Below are positions 37,701-51,015 of a stretch of 64,000 nucleotides of DNA, piece by piece. How positions within the stretch are numbered: position 1 is the first letter of the stretch; every line of letters begins with the position of its first letter. A program made the position numbers and the translations under genes. Origin of the DNA: Amphiscolops sp. MND2022 (lineage: Eukaryota); NCBI GenBank assembly GCA_964187785.1, contig OZ076409.1, positions 34,288,001-34,352,000 on the forward strand. The letters are read 5' to 3'. A model generated the notes under the pieces. It did no database searches. It saw only the letters and a program-made list of their open reading frames with translations, and had not been told where the DNA came from.

Positions 37701-38159
37701 GAAATCTTGAAATTCTTTGTTTTGTCCAATTTGTTCAATGTTTTCTAATCATTCTAATTTCACCGCAATATTTCGAAAACTTTAAAAACAAGCTCCATCA
37801 TATCCCCTTCAAATGCATTCAACACCGTATTCTTGCAAAATATCCAGATGAAAGGTCGTATCAGTTCTCTTTGAAAAATTGCTCGTAAAAGTTGTCGTTG
37901 AGACTGTTCAATAGTTCAACTGTTTTCTAGAATGCTCCCACAAGAACAGAATACATTCGGATGTTTTGATCTTTTTCACACAGAAGTTTTATTGATCACT
38001 CTTTGTTTCTGTAAAAAAATGTCTGCTAAGATATTTCAATAGTCAAAAAAATCGTTTTTCTGACGTCTCGATTCGAGAAGTTTGTTACTTTTTTGATGAT
38101 TTCATTCTTCTTTGCAATTCCAACAAATCCTTTCCCTTTGAAAAACTGTCGTAAGTATC

Positions 38160-38885
38160 AACAAGCCGGGACCGGCCCAAGTCGGCGCCATTTCCAAGGC
38201 TCAAAAATAGCAAAAGGACTTCCAAGTGTCACTTTACAGTACTCGAAAATCGAAAAACCAAACAATGGACCGAGTTGCGCGCCGGGGCCCGCTAGCGCGA
38301 TCCCCTGGCGCGCTAAAAGGGGGGACACTTCCGAAATTGTCAGCATTTTTGTCGCAGTTGAAGGGGGACCCTTTGGAAAAAAACAATTTTTCGAAAAGTC
38401 TCACAATGCCAAAAAACTGAAAGGGAGGATTTTTAAACACCCTTTGGGACTTTTAAACACCCATTCTGTTGTAAAATATCAAAGAAACTGAAGGAAAAGA
38501 AAACCGAAGGAGACCCTTTGGAGAGAATTTTTTAAATGTCTCAGAATGCCGAAAAACTGAAAGGGGGGCCCTTTGGGATTTTTCAACATCCATTCTGTCG
38601 CAAAACAGCAAACAATTGAAGGGAGGATCCTTTGGGAAAAAATTTTTCCGATAAAAGAGTCTCACAGTCCTGAAAAGAATTAAAAGGGGGGAGGGAGAGC
38701 CCGGTATGGTATGTTACGCGGGAAAACAGGAAGAACCTTTTTGGTTCAGTTCGCTAGGGCAAATGGTGCAATTTGGTGCAATAATATTTTGTAGAACTTT
38801 TAAGAACTATTTTGTTCAGTTCGTGTGGATTGAAAACAAGAGTCACTATAATAGTTGCGTTTCACTTCATGAAGCGCCGACTAAA
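38160..38885 (-). mobile_element. Helentron-like element family A, second copy
   Basis: AACAAGCCGGGACCGGCCCAAGTCGGCGCC at the left and GCGCCGACTAAAAA at the right, the reverse complements of the 25121-25660 termini; AAGGGGGACCCTT repeats inside. Confidence 0.75.
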
Positions 38886-40271
38886 AACTGTAGGAAAATG
38901 GCCCACCGCTGTGGAAATCTTAATAAGTTTCATTTTTTGACATTTTGGGGCATTCACTGAACCAGAAACTTCCTCTTCTCAAGATTGTTTCGAAGGTGAA
39001 CTTTGGTGTCATTCTAATTTGCAAAAACAAATTAAAGAACTAAAATTGGACTAATTATTCAAAATTATCATTATTTTTTTGAACTATTTATTTTTTGGAG
39101 GTCGGTTGTAGAACTCATTTTCTTAAAAAAACCTCGGATGGCTCTTCTTAAAAGCGTACGGGATAGCTAGTTTTCTTAAACTTTGTAGGTGGTTTAATTC
39201 TCGGAAACGATCAGGAACGGTACAAATATGCCTAAAAATGGTCAAAATGTGGGAAATTATTATCAGTATGCGAACGTAACCTAGCTAATCACGATTCCCT
39301 AATTCAAGTTTTTTACTAAGGAGATTTTAACTTAGGTGATTTTAACCCGGTACCGTCTGCGGCGTTTACTACATTTGCAAATCTCAATTTTGCTAGTTTG
39401 ATTGATTCATTTTCAAGTAAAAATGAATGCAGAAAAGATAAAATTTCAAGACATTCATGTTTACGCCTAGAATTTGTTGGTTGTTTTTGAGTATTTAGGT
39501 GAAATATTTTCGTTCAAACCATTTCTTCAATTTAGAGTACGGTTTTCTCTCTCTGTAGGTGACCGCAAATCGCTTGAACGCATCTAGTGAACTACATTTG
39601 CTGGTTCCTTACAATGCCAACTAATTATGGTGAACCCATAGCATGTACCATTCATAGTTACCAGATCACTTGGGTTAATCTTAGAATAGAAGATCAGGCT
39701 CGTACGTACATTTCATCATCACGACTTACTATGTGACACCGGACACTGGATCACTTGATACAACCTCAAACGAAAACAACTTTGTCACAATATCTCTGCT
39801 AAAAAGCGAAATCATAGCAAAAAAGGTGGCATGACTATCACACCAAGTAATAAAAGTTCAAATTTTCCACGGTCCAATTTGAATTCCAAAAGTTCAAATG
39901 CTGAGAGAGCTGACCTGAAAAATCATTCAACGTCCGGATTTCCAAAATTTCCAATTTTTCCAAATTTCAACTTTAAGGAAATGATCACTTACCGCTGGGA
40001 TGAGTGGAGCACAATTCTTGCTTCTTTTACCTATCTCAAATCATGTATGAAATATGAAACACAATGAGTGAAGATGTTAATGCTCAAAAGCGTTCGATAG
40101 TGTTAGTCCAAAGAATCAAATGAATTTCTCCAATAATTTGGAAAACTAAACAAGATGCCCAGTGACACTAAGATCTTCTCCAAGTCCTTACACAAACTAA
40201 TGGAGAGCTCGCTAGAGAAATTAGAGTACATGATTGTTTCAGCTCACCTGCTTTTGAACAACCAATGCAAT

Positions 40272-41095
40272 CCCAGTGACACGAATCTTGGCACGCTTGC
40301 CAAGATGCATGGGTATGCTTGCCAAGATCTTGGCAAGATCTTGCCAAGATCTTACCAAGGCTACCATGATCATGCAAGATCATGGCAAGGCTGACCATGC
40401 GTCTTACCAAGCGTACCAAGATTTTCCATGTATCTTACCAAGCTTTTCCATGTGTCTTGCCAAGCATACCAAGATTTTTCCGACCATTTTGAGTTTTTAT
40501 TGCATTCACGAACTTCAGTAATTAGAACCCGTTACCTCAATAGATCAGGTAATAGCATGATTTGCATAATTCTAAACAAATCATAGCTGAAAAAGTTGGT
40601 TTTCACACCGATATCGCAAACCCGCAAGTTTTGAATAACTTGATTCGGAGTTTGCTTTGTATGATAATTAATGATAGTAGTAACAATGCCGTGCTCTCAA
40701 GTAACAAAACTCGGTCAATAGGTGCAGCAAATTATTGAGCAAATTTTGGATAATTTTGAATTAAAAAACTATTTTCGATCAATAAATGTTATGTCTAAAG
40801 TTATTACAATGGCTAATTCAGAAATTGCAGACGACAAGGAATTTTCGCGAAAAGAATAAATTATGCACAATTAATACCAGCTTACATGTCTTACCATGGT
40901 TATCTTGTCAAGATCTTGCCATGATCTTGCCATGATCTTGGCAAGCATTTCCACATGGAACGCTTGTCAAGATCTTGCCAAGATCTTGCCAAGCGTAGCA
41001 TGCATCATGTTTTTCCATGCGTCTTGGTAAGCCTACCATGCGTTTCCATGTTTTTCCAAGATCTTGGCAAGGCTACCAAGATTCGTGTCACTGGG
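40272..41095. mobile_element. MITE with CCC...GGG termini and 2-bp TSD AT (EnSpm/CACTA-like)
   Basis: 20-bp TIR CCCAGTGACACGAATCTTGG and CTTGCCAAGATC subterminal repeats; an orphan similar end lies at 40158. Confidence 0.88.
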
Positions 41096-42208
41096 ATTCC
41101 ACCAGAACATGAGTACCACAAGATCAAACATCTTTAACTTTATTAACACCCCAATCATAATTTTCTGTTCGTTTTGTGTAGAGTTCCATCAGACGGTAGA
41201 CTATAGCTTGGATGCATGTCTTTCGATTGAATGAAATCATTAGAAGTATCCGTATTTGGAGTTAGAGATTTCTGTTGTGACAGATGTCAAAGTCAATGTG
41301 TCGGGACGACGTTAGTTCAATCAGCACTTCTAACAAACTCTTAGACCAAAGATACTTCTGTAGATACAAAAATGTGCGAAGGAAAGCTTTGACTGGAGTT
41401 AAAGAAAACCGTGGAAACAATTAACAAATGGAAAAACCCGAGGACTTAAAAACGTCCTCCAAAAGTTAAAAGTATTGGTAAAAGTAAAAAGAATTGTCAC
41501 AAAGGGTTTTGTAGAAAAACATTAATTTGTCACTGCGGCATAAAGAAGCCAAGGTGAAACTGAATCAAAAAACTTCGGCTGTACGGACTTTTCCCATCAT
41601 TTTCTCAATGGTTCAAGGTTTCGTTGTATCGCGTATTAAAGCCGCAGTTATTGTCCTTATGAGATGCGCAGGACAAATCACAGCCGTGTCTCCCATTTAA
41701 CCCATCATGCGTTGCACTCACTGAAATCTGTATCTGAGTCCTCATCCTCTCCTTCATCGGAGTCTTAATTGCTCCCCGAATCTGAGCATTCACGCCACCT
41801 ATCATCCGATATATTTTATGAGATATTCTATGTTAAACTTCTATTTTTAGGATCACTAAGTTCTCCAAAATCCGACTAGTTTATATAGGATTTACGTTTT
41901 CTTTACTTAACACCGAGTCCTAATTTCGTGGTTGTTCAAAGAACATTAGCTTTTCTCGAATCCATTCTCAGACATATCCACATCAGTTGCAACTAACCCT
42001 TTCGTTAGGTTGTCAACATGCATCACTGAATTTAGGTCATCTAAGATAACAACCACATTTTCTACGTTCGCGAGTGTATCCCATTCACACGAGCACCTTG
42101 CTCATATGTTTTCTCTTCTGCTTGGAGACATTTTGTAAACGAACAGTAGTTTCCGGACAAGGTTCGAGTATTAATACTATAATAGATCGTGATTTCTTAT
42201 GCGAGTTG

Positions 42209-45200
42209 TTATTTTCCGTCCATATTACATATGGGAAAGGAAAACATTTAAATCAAACGGTTTTTTTTACAAAATTTGCCAAGAATTTATTAATATCAAA
42301 GCTAAAGGGTTTCACCCAAAAAATTCAGCTGATGTAAAATTAGCATCACGCGGTATGTGTTTGTCGAGATTTTTGGACTTTTTTGGTTAACCCCAAGACC
42401 CCAGAAGGACCCAAAAATGACCCCAAAAATAGTAAAAACTGCAAAATTTTCCAATTTTGTGCAATTTTTGTCAAATTATCGATAAATTTTTTGGCTTTAA
42501 ATGTTGGAAACAATCCAAAGAGAAAAAACTTGTTATCCAACAGGATTTTTCAAAGAAATAAATGCATCTTTTAAATGAAAAGAACCTCAAATTTAGACCC
42601 AAATTGACAAATATACTCGAAAATTCATAATTTTAAAAATTTTATGCAAAATTTGTCTATTTTTCGAAAAACTTGGTGGCTTAGAATGTCAAAGACGTTA
42701 AACAAGGAAAAGATTCGTTGTCCGGGAGGCTTCTTTGAAGAAATGAAAGCAATTTGTGTTGAAAAAATGCATCAAATTTGGGCCGAAATTGACAAAATAC
42801 TTAAAAATTCAGATTTTTGAAACTTTTATGCAATTTTTGTGTACTTTTCGAAAAACTTGGTGGCTTAGAATGTTGAATACGTTAAGTAAGGAAACAATTC
42901 GTTGTCGTGATTGCTTCTTTGAAGAGATAAAAGCAATTGGTTTTGAAAAAATGCATCAAATTCAGACCGAAACTGACAAAAAAAAACAAAAAATCAACTT
43001 TTGAAAATTTTGTGCAGTTTTTGTGTACTTATCGAAAAACTTGGTGGCTTAGAATGTTGAAGACGTTCAGTAAGGAACAAATTCGTTGTCGTGATTGCTC
43101 CTTTGAAGAGATAAAAGCAATTAGTGTTGAAAAAATGCATCAAATTTTGACCGAAATTGACAAAAACACAAAACAAATTTTGAAAATTTTATGCAGTTTT
43201 TGTGTAATTTTGGAAAACCCTGGTGGCTTAGAATTTTAAAGACGTTCAACAAGGAACAAATTGGTTGTCGGGAAGGCTTTTTTGGAAATAAATGAAGTTT
43301 TTTTATGAAAAAAAACGCACAATTTGCGACCAAAAAAGACAATAACTTCAAAATGTACTGAATTTTCAAGTTTTCATGCAACTTTGTCAAATTTCTGAAA
43401 CTTTCATGAATCAGAACGTTGAATACTTTTAACCACGGATAATTTTGTTGTCCAAAAATGTTGTTTGCGCAGATAAATGGAGCTTTGTAAAAAAAAGAAT
43501 TGCCACATGTACCACAAAATAGTAAAAAAATCTTACATTTTCACATTTTCGTATTTTACAACTCAATTTTTGAAAACTTTTCGAATTTTTCATAGATTAG
43601 AACTCTGAAACGATTCAACAACAACTGAAGGCTTTGTTTGGTGGGCTTTTTGATGGAATAACTGCCAGTTTTTGGCAACAAACATGCTTTAATTCGACTC
43701 AAAAATTGTCGAAAACTCCAAAAATTTCCAAATTTTGTAGGTTCTTAATGTTATTTGGGTACAATTTTTAACAATTTGTTGAGTTAGATGGTTCAAAACA
43801 ATCAAAGGCGATAGAATCAGGTATGTAGTTTCCTTTCTTGATGAGAAAATTACAGTGCTTTACATCAGAAATACTTCAAATTTAAAATTTTTCCTGCACT
43901 TTGTGTTCACATTTCGAAAGTTTTTGTGACTAGGAAAGTTCAAAACACTCAAAAACGAAAAAGCTAGCTATGCAGTACGCTATTTTGAAGAGAGTTGCAG
44001 TATTTTGCTTCAAAGGTACTTCAAAAGTGACGCTGATCAGTCGGAAATAAAAAGTCTAAATTCAACGTTTCTAATGCAAAGTTTTGAATTTGTTGAGACG
44101 ATTCCACTGTTGGAAGACAGAAAACCCTCAACAGCGAACGAATGCGTTATGCAGTAGGTTTTTTGAAGGTGAATTGCAGTTTCACGTTAGAAAAAAGCCT
44201 CAAAATGACCCCAAAATAGTCGAAAAAAAAAACAAATTTTGGCAGTTGTTCGACAAATTCGTGAAATTCTATTGAAAGTTACCAAAATTTCCTGATAGTC
44301 CAGAAGTCTAACCTTTTGGAGTAGGCATAGAGAGTTATAAAAAAGAAATGTACAATTGTGTATGCAAAAAGTTCGTCCTGAAATTTATTGAAAATCAATT
44401 TTTTGTTTTTGAAATGTTGATAGACTTTTTTGTAAAAGTTTTGAGCAATTTTGTTATTCAAATGAATCAGAACGTTGAATACTTTTAACCACGGATAATT
44501 TTGTTGTCCAAAAGTGTTGTTTGCGCAGATAAATGGAGCTTTGTAAAAAAAAGAATTGCCACATGTACCACAAAATAGTAAAAAAATCTTACATTTTCAC
44601 AATTTCGTATTTTACATCTCAATTTTTGTAAACTTTTCGAATTTTTCATAGATTAGAACTCTGAAACGATTCAACAACAACTGAAGGCTTTGTCTGGTGG
44701 GCTTTCTGATGGAATAACTGCCAGTTTTTGGCAACAAACATGCTTTAATTCGACTCAAAAATTGTCGAAAACTCCAAAAATTTCCAAATTTTGTAGGTTC
44801 TTAATGTTATTTGGGTACAATTTTTAAAAATTTGTTGAGTTAGATAGTTCAAAACAATCAAAGGCGATAGAATCAGGTATGTAGTTTCCTTTCTTGATGA
44901 GAAAATTACAGTGTTTTACATCAGAAATACTTCAAATTTAAAATTTTTCCTGCAGTTTGTGTTCACATTTTGAAAGTTTTTGTGACTAGGAAAGTTCAAA
45001 ACACTCAAAAACGAAAAAGCTACCTATGCAGTACGCTATTTTGAAGAGAGTTGCAGTATTTTGCTTCAAAGGTACTTCAAAAGTGACGCTGATCAGTCGG
45101 AAATAAAAAGTCTAAATTCAACGTTTCTAATGCAAAGTTTTGAATTTGTTGAGACGATTCCACTGTTGGAAGACAGAAAACCCTCAACAGCGAACGAATG

Positions 45201-45687
45201 CGTTATGCAGTAGGTTTTTTGAAGGTGAATTGCAGTTTCACGTTTGAAAAAAGCCTCAAAATGACCCCAAAATAGTCGAAAAAAAAAACAAATTTAGGCA
45301 GTTGTTCGACAAATTAGTGAATTTCTATTGAAAGTTACCAAAATTTCCTGATAGTCCAGAAGTCTAACCTTTTGGAGTAGGCATAGAGAGTTTAAAAAAA
45401 AGAAATGTACAATTGTGTATGCAAAAAGTTCGTCCTGAAATTTATTGAAAATCAATTTTTTGTTTTTGAAATGTTGATAGACTTTTTTGTAAACGTTTTG
45501 AGCAATTTCGTTATTCAAGAACGACTGGACCCGTGATCCAATAGGTGTTTTTAAAAAGACATCTACAGTTTCTTATAAAAGTTCTATGCGTTTTCATAGT
45601 GCAATGGCTACTCTTGAGCCTCAAAAATATGTCATTGCTGGAACCGTTGGGACGGAAAATATCCTGCTGGTCAGCGGGCGTCTTGTT
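42209..45687 (+). mobile_element. Family B Helentron-like element (GTCC subfamily) with ~184-bp array and internal duplication
   Basis: 5' ATTTTCCGTCC, 3' GGACGGAAAAT + hairpin + CTTGTT; units at 42681, 42865, 43049, 43228. Confidence 0.82.
43406..45518 (+). repeat. Tandem duplication, period 1056 bp
   Basis: ATGAATCAGAACGTTGAATAC starts at 43406 and 44462; the copies are near-identical. Confidence 0.95.
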
Positions 45688-46384
45688 TTACAGGACTGTC
45701 AATCTTCAAAAGTGTCTTCAATTAGAGTTGGGTATAAAACTCTAAATCTATTGACACGCATATTTAATCGAGTGACTTTGACTGAAAATATACATCAACG
45801 TCGTCATAGATATTTTAAAAAAAAACATTTCTGAAACAGAGAACTTCAATGCCTTTCTTTTGTGATAGACTTTTGCGAAAAGACATTGGCTGTCGGTTTC
45901 TTGTTCACAGATGTTCACACTAGTTTTCACAAAACAAGCCATATTTATAACAGGACATGTCCACTGTACCTGTATCATCAACAACTCAATATTTTAGTGT
46001 TTAGACACAAATAATAGCTCCGTATGGAAACACCAAAAAGCGAAATTTCGACGTTATCAAAACAACACAACCATCAACTGTTGATAAAATACTGCAGCAA
46101 CAATTTGTACATCTGATATTCATATTAGTTAGAGCGTTTTTTGGCGAGTTGCTTTCAAAGAGTTGTCCACGGCGAGTTGTTTTCGACGAGTAGTTTCCGA
46201 CGCGTTTTCGTATTCGGAAGTATTGTAAACAAATTCGGTGAGTTTTGGCTGTCCCTTTTTGTTGTTTGTGTTCGTTTCAAGCACATTTTATGCAAAAGGA
46301 AAACGTTGGTCCATATTCTATCAAATCATTTAACAGCTGCAATTGACTCTTCTCAAATTCTCTTCCAAGACCAAACTCAAATTA

Positions 46385-49300
46385 TTATTTTCCGCCCATA
46401 TTTCATATATGGAAATGGAAAATATTCAAATCAAACGAGTTTCTGTTTTACAACATTTGCCAAGCACCAAATATATATTTAACTTTAAGGGTGTTACCCA
46501 TAGAATTCAACTCACATAAATTTAGCTTCGTGCGATATGTATTTGTGTAGAATTCTGGATTTTTTTAGTTGACCCCAAGGACCCCGGAATGAACCATAAA
46601 TGACCCCAAAGATGGGAAAATTTGCAAAATTTTCAAATTTTCTACGTTTTAATGCAATTTTTCGATAGATATCGTGAATTAGAATGTTTAAAACGTTCAA
46701 GAAGGCACGAACTTGTTGCCCAATAGTCCCAATAGTCATCTATTGAGAGATAATTGCTGTTTTCTAAATGGAAGATATCTCAAATTGAGACCAAAAGTGA
46801 CAAAAAACAAAAAATTTTCTGACTTTTATGCAATTTTTGTCAAATTTTCGATAGACTTCGTGGAATAAAAAGTTGAAAACACTCAATATGGCACGAATTC
46901 GTTGTCCAGTAAGCTTTTTCGGAAAGATAATTGCTGTTTTCTAAATGAAAAATATCTGAAATTGTCGCCAAAAATGACAAAAAACCCAAAGTTTTCTAAT
47001 TTTCAAAGTTTTCATGCAATTTTGTCAAATTTTCGACGGACTTGATTGGAATGTTGAAAATTGTCAACAAGGAAAAAGTAATAGACAGCAGGCTTTTCCG
47101 AAGAGTTTATTGCAGTTTTTAAAAAGAACAAAATCTCAAATTGACACCAAAATTGACAAAAAAAAAACAAAAACAATAAATTTTCAAGGTTTTTATACAA
47201 TTTTTGTCAGACATCGTAGCTTGGAATGTTAAGAAATATCAGCAAAGAAAAAGTATTAGTTCAAAAGGCCTTTCCGAAGAGTTTATTGCAGTTTTGTAAA
47301 TGAAAAACATATCAAATTGACACCGAAAATGACAAAAACTCTAAATTTTCAAAGTTATGCTATTTTTTCACAATTTCGACAGACTCCGTGAATTGCAATG
47401 TTGGATAGGGTCAACAAGGAATGAATTTATTGTCCAGTGTGCTTAGTAGAGAGATAATTGCGGTTTTTTAAATTTAAAAAATGTCTGGAAATGACATCGA
47501 AAAAGACAACACTTCAAAACTTTTCCTATTTTCACAATTTTTGTTCAGTTTTTGTCAAACAATCGATAGACTTCCTGGACTAGAAAGTTAAAAACCTCTG
47601 AACAGTGGAAAATTTGTTGTTACCGTGAACCTTTGTCAAGAGATAAGTTAAAGTTCTAAAAGAAATGCTCCAAATTGCTCCTGAAAATGTCGAAAAATTC
47701 GAAGTTTTTGTCGTTTTCGATGCAATTTTTGTTGAATGTCCGAGAGTTTTCGTCAAAAGTTCCAACACAATCAACAACCAAAGAACGAGCTATGCATTAT
47801 ATTTTTCAAAGAGAACGTTTCAGCGTTTTGCTTCAAAAACACTTCAGAATGACTCCAAATGAGTCGAAATAATTGAACATCTTCGTTTTTATTCAACCTA
47901 TGTCTACTTTTTGAATCGTCAGAATGATGGTAAACGTTCAACAAAGATTGAACTCATAACTCTGTCGGCTTTTAAAGAAATTTTTGCCGACTTCGGTTGG
48001 AAAATTGCTCGAAATTGACCGCAAAAAATCGATTTGACATTTCCAGTGATTTTTTGCGATTGAAAAATTTGGGTGAGATAAAGATTAAAACAGCTTCAGA
48101 ATGATGTAACTAGATTCACAGCACGTTTTTTACACAAAAAATTAACTATTTTATGGCAGAGAGTTTCCTCAGAATGATCCAAATAATGCAAAAACTGCAA
48201 ATTTTTAACTGCAACATTTTGAGGCAGTCTTTGTTCACTTTTTGAGCTACTTCCTTGCATAAATGATTTTAAAGGCTCAGAATGACTAATCCTGATATCC
48301 AGGAGGCAGTTTTGAAGATAGAAGAAGAACAAGCTTTTTGGAAAATTATTCCCACTTTTGTTCAAAGCACGAAAAAATTTGTAGAATAGAACTTCCATTG
48401 ACCCGATCGTTGAAACAATAGGTTATTCAAAACGCAATGCGGGAAAAAAAAAGTAGGAAGTTTGTCGAGTTTACAGCAAAGGTGTCAAATGATCCAATTT
48501 TCCTCTATTTTCGACAACATATTCCCAATTTTGGACCCTTTCCGAAAAATTACTTCAATCAGAAACCTCATGGGATCAGGGTTGAAACGAGTAGCTACCG
48601 GTAGTGTTTCGAAAAGATATCAGACATGTTTATTTGCACAACTTCCAAAAACTTTACTTGAAATCGTAAATTTCGACCTTTATTGTCAAATGAAAAAGTT
48701 TCGAGCTATTAGAGCGGGTTAGAATGGTCTAAGCAATCATCAACAACTAAACTCGGTGTCCAGTAGGCTTATTTGTGAAAAGACATCTGTAGAATCTTGT
48801 TAGAAAAATTCCTCGAACTGATCCCAAAGTTGTCGGAAGTATTTCCAATGTTTGACACTTCTGGTGGAACTATGTCCAATATTATAACAAACTGGGACCA
48901 CTCAAGTTTCTTAAACTTGCAAATGACCTAGTTTCAAGATTATACCATTTACTCAGTGCCAAACATTACCTCAAGAAATACTCCTGAGACTCGGAAACCA
49001 CTTTTCCCCAACACAAATCACGAAAAGCATTATTTTGATTTTTTTGGTGAAGTCCTATGATGGCGAAACAAGTTTCAGCTCACAAACTACTGATCTCATG
49101 CCGATATCAGCTTTGAAATCACGGGGGTACGCTTCGATCAAATGAGAATTTCGGAAAGACGAATAAGCCGAAAAACTGAAACGAAGTGTTTTCCATAATC
49201 AATAAGAAACGTCATCAGTTCCACATGTTCAAAAGTAACAAAGATGTCACCCTCAAAACTCTGGGAAACTGATTTCCTTTACAGAAAACCTCATATACTA

Positions 49301-49577
49301 AAAATTGCCAAAAATGATTTTCAAAAATTGTTGTTGAAATAAATTGAAAAATTTCGTTTACTCTGAAAGTCGCATAGTGCCGAAAAACGAAAACTGACCA
49401 GCTACCGCAAAAATATTAAAATAGTTTTTTTCCTTTAAAAATGGGCAAAGATGAATCACAGCTTTCTTTTCTTCGAATTTCTTAGCGTCTTTATAGAGCA
49501 TTCTTGAGCCTCAAATGTATGTAGTTGTAGGGCAGTTCGGGGCGGAAAATATCTCGCTGCTCAGCGGGCGTCTTGTT
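46385..49577 (+). mobile_element. Family B Helentron-like element, collinear with 27499-30378
   Basis: Same subTIRs, hairpin and CTTGTT end; internal sequence homologous along most of its length. Confidence 0.82.
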
Positions 49578-50040
49578 CAAATTTCGAGACGACTTATCGA
49601 AATTTTCGTAGGATTTTTTTCCAAAACTAATTTTCTTATCACTGTTTCTTCCAAGCTCTAAATGTAAGTTGAATTCGAAGACAAGCAAACTAGCGGGAGA
49701 GTAAATTTCAGTTCGTTTGTCAAGATATGTTTTCCTGGAATTTAACGAATGCAAAGATGTAGCAAACTGAGAAACTTGCGGTAAGGCCGGAAAAAGTGTT
49801 CTCTGTTTATAACTGGAAATTCAAAATACAATGTCTCAGATAAATTGTATTTGCTGACAATTTTCTGATATATCTAATAACACGAGTTTAAAGTAATTAG
49901 GATAAAGATTTTTTATTCCAGGTTTTGTGTGAATCAAAGTGTTATTGTCGAGGGGAGTGCAGTTTTTGAGTCTTTCAGAACAGAAGCTCGTCAAAGATCT
50001 TGCATTCAATCAATAAGTTGCATTATCAGAATCGTCGCAA

Positions 50041-51015
50041 TCAGATAGTTGATTTTGATTTGTTGACTTTGTGAGGAGGGGTAGCTTTGAGATCATTCGA
50101 CCAGTCATCGTGAATTGGCTCCCGTGTGATTTCCGTTATCCAATCCACGTACTGATAAACATCCGAAAACATTCCAATTCCTGTATGTGCAACCTCGCAG
50201 ATGCTTCCCCATGACGAAACCCCTACCAAGCGATAGGTTCCATTGTCATCTTTTCCAACGAGAATTCCTGCATCTTTGGGACAAACAATATTTTTGCTGT
50301 CAGTGGGAGTGGAACAGATCTTGCCATCAAAGCTATCACTCGAATTCAAAGTCGAAAGAAATTGGTTGCATTCAACATCGGAAAGAACAACAGATTCAGA
50401 TGTTTGTAAGCACCTGTGCTTGTTTGTGACGTCATCCATTTGCCACTCAAAAATTAGGGCTGACTCTCTTGGAGACACAGGTACCTGGGTTAACTCAAGA
50501 GGTTGAATCTTGTCAGAGAAAACCAACTCTTCCCTCAGTTTAATCAAAGCAATGTCATTAGCGTTCGTCCATTCAAGGAATTGTGGATGTATGAACACTT
50601 CACTTGCTATTCTATCATCTTGACCAATCTCGTCATCTCTCGTCAAATCAGTTTTACCGAAAAACAATTTCAGCCGGCCAGGGTGCATAAGTATTACGCA
50701 ATTTGCCGAAACGATTACGTAATTTTTATCGTAGATCGAGCCCGCGCACTTAAGAAAAGGCCCTGATCTCGGAAGTGCAGTAAAAACGGCAACCATAAAA
50801 GGGGAATTTGTTGTCCCTTCTATCAAGCTTGGAGGCTTTGTAGGTATTCTACGTCCTGAAGCATTTAGATTTTCGGTACTGTTAGACGACTGAGCATTGC
50901 TTCCACAGGTATCACAGATCACTTTGTACTCGAAAAGAATGGCAATCGTGATAACTTCCAGAATAAGCACCTTTTGCATTTTCAGCTTCTGTGTATGGAG
51001 AAATCTGTCGATCAT
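50041..51015 (-). CDS. Intact single-exon secreted trypsin-fold serine protease homolog (SPH3), predicted non-catalytic
   Basis: 324-aa ORF: signal-like MQKVLILEVITIAILFEYKVIC (Met at 50979), LKCAGSIYDKNYVIVSANC, NDIALIKL, IQPL, ICS...VCPKDAGIL, LVGVSSWG, FSDVYQYVDWI. Confidence 0.9.
   Translation of the reverse strand: MIDRFLHTQKLKMQKVLILEVITIAILFEYKVICDTCGSNAQSSNSTENLNASGRRIPTKPPSLIEGTTNSPFMVAVFTALPRSGPFLKCAGSIYDKNYVIVSANCVILMHPGRLKLFFGKTDLTRDDEIGQDDRIASEVFIHPQFLEWTNANDIALIKLREELVFSDKIQPLELTQVPVSPRESALIFEWQMDDVTNKHRCLQTSESVVLSDVECNQFLSTLNSSDSFDGKICSTPTDSKNIVCPKDAGILVGKDDNGTYRLVGVSSWGSICEVAHTGIGMFSDVYQYVDWITEITREPIHDDWSNDLKATPPHKVNKSKSTI

Noticed and set aside
41100..41810. Possible piggyBac-like transposase relic (acidic DSDEGEDEDSD stretch, minus strand)
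   Set aside because: Too decayed; no catalytic motif, TTAA site or TIR could be confirmed.
42600..43400. Regularly spaced repeats suggesting a CRISPR array
   Set aside because: Whole ~184-bp units repeat, there are no unique spacers or cas genes, and the context is eukaryotic.
50041..51015. Annotation as an active trypsin or chymotrypsin
   Set aside because: Catalytic His and Ser motifs and the IVGG activation terminus are absent.
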